Below, in pieces: positions 62,666 through 64,000 of a stretch of 64,000 nt of DNA. The DNA is taken from contig JBHGNT010000001.1 in the NCBI GenBank assembly GCA_043228905.1, positions 13,454,001 to 13,518,000 on the forward strand, written 5' to 3'. Source of the stretch: Azolla caroliniana. Taxonomy: Eukaryota; Plantae; Polypodiophyta. The notes beneath the pieces were generated by a model. The model ran no database searches. It worked only from the letters and a program-made list of their open reading frames with translations, and was not told the origin of the DNA. A program made the translations under genes and the position numbers. Position 1 is the first letter of the stretch. Each line of letters opens with the position of its first letter.

Positions 62666-63087
62666 GCCAGATTGCAACAAAGGACACAAATAATGGAATA
62701 CACAAAGTAGGTGAGAGAGAGAGAGAGAGAGCAGATTTCATCTTCAATTTCAAAATAATAACACTCGGTAACACTCTATACATCGAATGTGCTTAGAGTG
62801 CACTTTTATACAAGTCCTTAGAAGGACTGACACAAGTACCATCAATACTTGAATGCTAATAAATGATCTCCTACATTAAGTCCAAGAAATATGCCTATGT
62901 ACTAGGCTATGAACATAGGCCCCTAATGGCCTACTAGTTCACACAAATCCGGAGTACGATCCGGTTCTCTAGTAGGGCTCTTGGTTCTAGATACCGATCC
63001 AGCTATGGCTTATTCAGGCGATCCGGATCCGATTGAGCTTGTTTGCTGAACAGATGCCAACTTGTTCCTTTTCTCCCTAGGGATAAA

Positions 63088-64000
63088 TGTTAGGAAACTG
63101 GTCCCTCCAGAGGGGAAGAGAAGAGCCAAATCAATAGATGAGCTCGGCCAATTTGCCGATATCGAAGAGCAAAACCGAAATCGAGAATCGATTATGACTG
63201 ATTCGAGGGGCTATAATTGTAAATAGCCTAAATATGCCCCTTGTGGGCTATATTTGTACATACCCTGAAAGTCATTTTAGTATATAAGCAACTAGGGAAA
63301 ACTTTATTTGAGAATTATTAGAGTTGAATCATTGTTGTATAGTTAGATATTGAGTTAGTGCAAGCCTCTGTAACTGTATAGGGGAGAGAGACAGACAGAC
63401 AGAGAGAGATGTCGGATACCTTTGTCGGACAAGTACTATTTCAAGGCTCAAGAGGTTTATTCTGATCAGAGTGTCTTCATTCTGTATCCCGACCAATTGT
63501 TGTCCGCCGGAATAGTAACCAACGGATAGAAGCGCAGAAGCGTTATAATATAGTAAAGCGTTAAGAAACGCATGTAACGGTTCACGCAGGAAGCGTGAAC
63601 GGCTAAAAGCCCTGTGTATATAAAGGGCAAAAACCCTCTGTAAAAGGTAGTGTGTAATTTTGATGCATAGAGCGTTTTTCTAATAGAATACTATCTTCTC
63701 TGATCTCTGTGCATATCTGTGGTTTTATCTGCTGCGTTCTTTGTTCTCTGTTGCGTACTGTTAATATTAAGGGTGTAGGTGTAAGTGCGGATACTAGTGC
63801 ACTTCCTAAGGAGTTCGGTTTTAGCCGTCTCCCTTATATGCTACTAGGATATGAGGGAGTATCCCATTACGATTTATGATACGACGGTTCCATTCCTTGT
63901 AACATAGTCACCTTGAGGTCTACGTCGATGGACTGAGCATAGACAGTGTTCCTAATCGGTAACACCAATTCTCCACTTTGACTAACCATCAAGTGAAGGT
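63088..64000 (+). repeat. Copia-type LTR related to the Copia E LTR, running off the window
   Basis: Its start TGTTAGGAAACTGGTCCCTCCAGAGGGG resembles TGTTGGGATTTCGGTCCCTCCGGATGGG; shared GCTATATTTGTA..CCTGAAAGTCAT..TATA block. Confidence 0.7.
63498..63964 (+). mobile_element. G2-family solo LTR with 5-bp TSD CCAAT
   Basis: TGTTGTCCGCC..GGTAACA; CCAAT at 63493-63497 and 63965-63969. Confidence 0.95.

Larger units (their letters stand above)
20155..63052 (-). mobile_element. Copia C (outer shell of the 43-kb nest)
   Basis: Truncated 3' LTR 20155-~20397, 5' LTR ~62665-63052, degenerate TSD GGTGT/GATGC, host Copia D frame continuous across it. Confidence 0.8.

Overview
No host gene is evident. 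The window is a plant intergenic block made almost entirely of nested retrotransposons. The plant assignment rests on primer-binding sites (PBS) matching plant tRNA-iMet, tRNA-Trp and tRNA-Arg(UCU); a seed-free plant such as a fern is my inference from the families present. LTR ends and target-site duplications (TSDs) resolve the nest. Copia D contains Copia C (20155-63052), which contains Gypsy G2a (20689-59910). G2a contains three insertions: solo LTR S2 (which holds Gypsy G1b, 28540-35554), Copia B (37079-47012, which holds a captured G2b fragment) and Gypsy G1c (47389-59829, which holds the near-intact young Copia E, 48165-53592). The left 20 kb holds older Copia/Gypsy remnants and a 5'-truncated LINE with a (TTTC)n tail. 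Four signals stand out. (1) The G2 family has no polypurine tract (PPT) next to its 3' LTR; two diverged members instead carry a sense copy of the tRNA-Arg 3' end, i.e. an inverted second PBS. (2) G2 also carries a conserved ~1000-codon extra ORF of unknown function after pol. (3) The tRNA-Trp-primed G1 family makes 4-bp, CpG-centred TSDs, ACGG in three of four resolved cases. (4) G1 has a conserved candidate -1 frameshift (G_GAU_UUU_UAG plus a predicted pseudoknot with pairing-preserving changes) after the protease rather than after gag. All coordinates and comparisons were made by eye.
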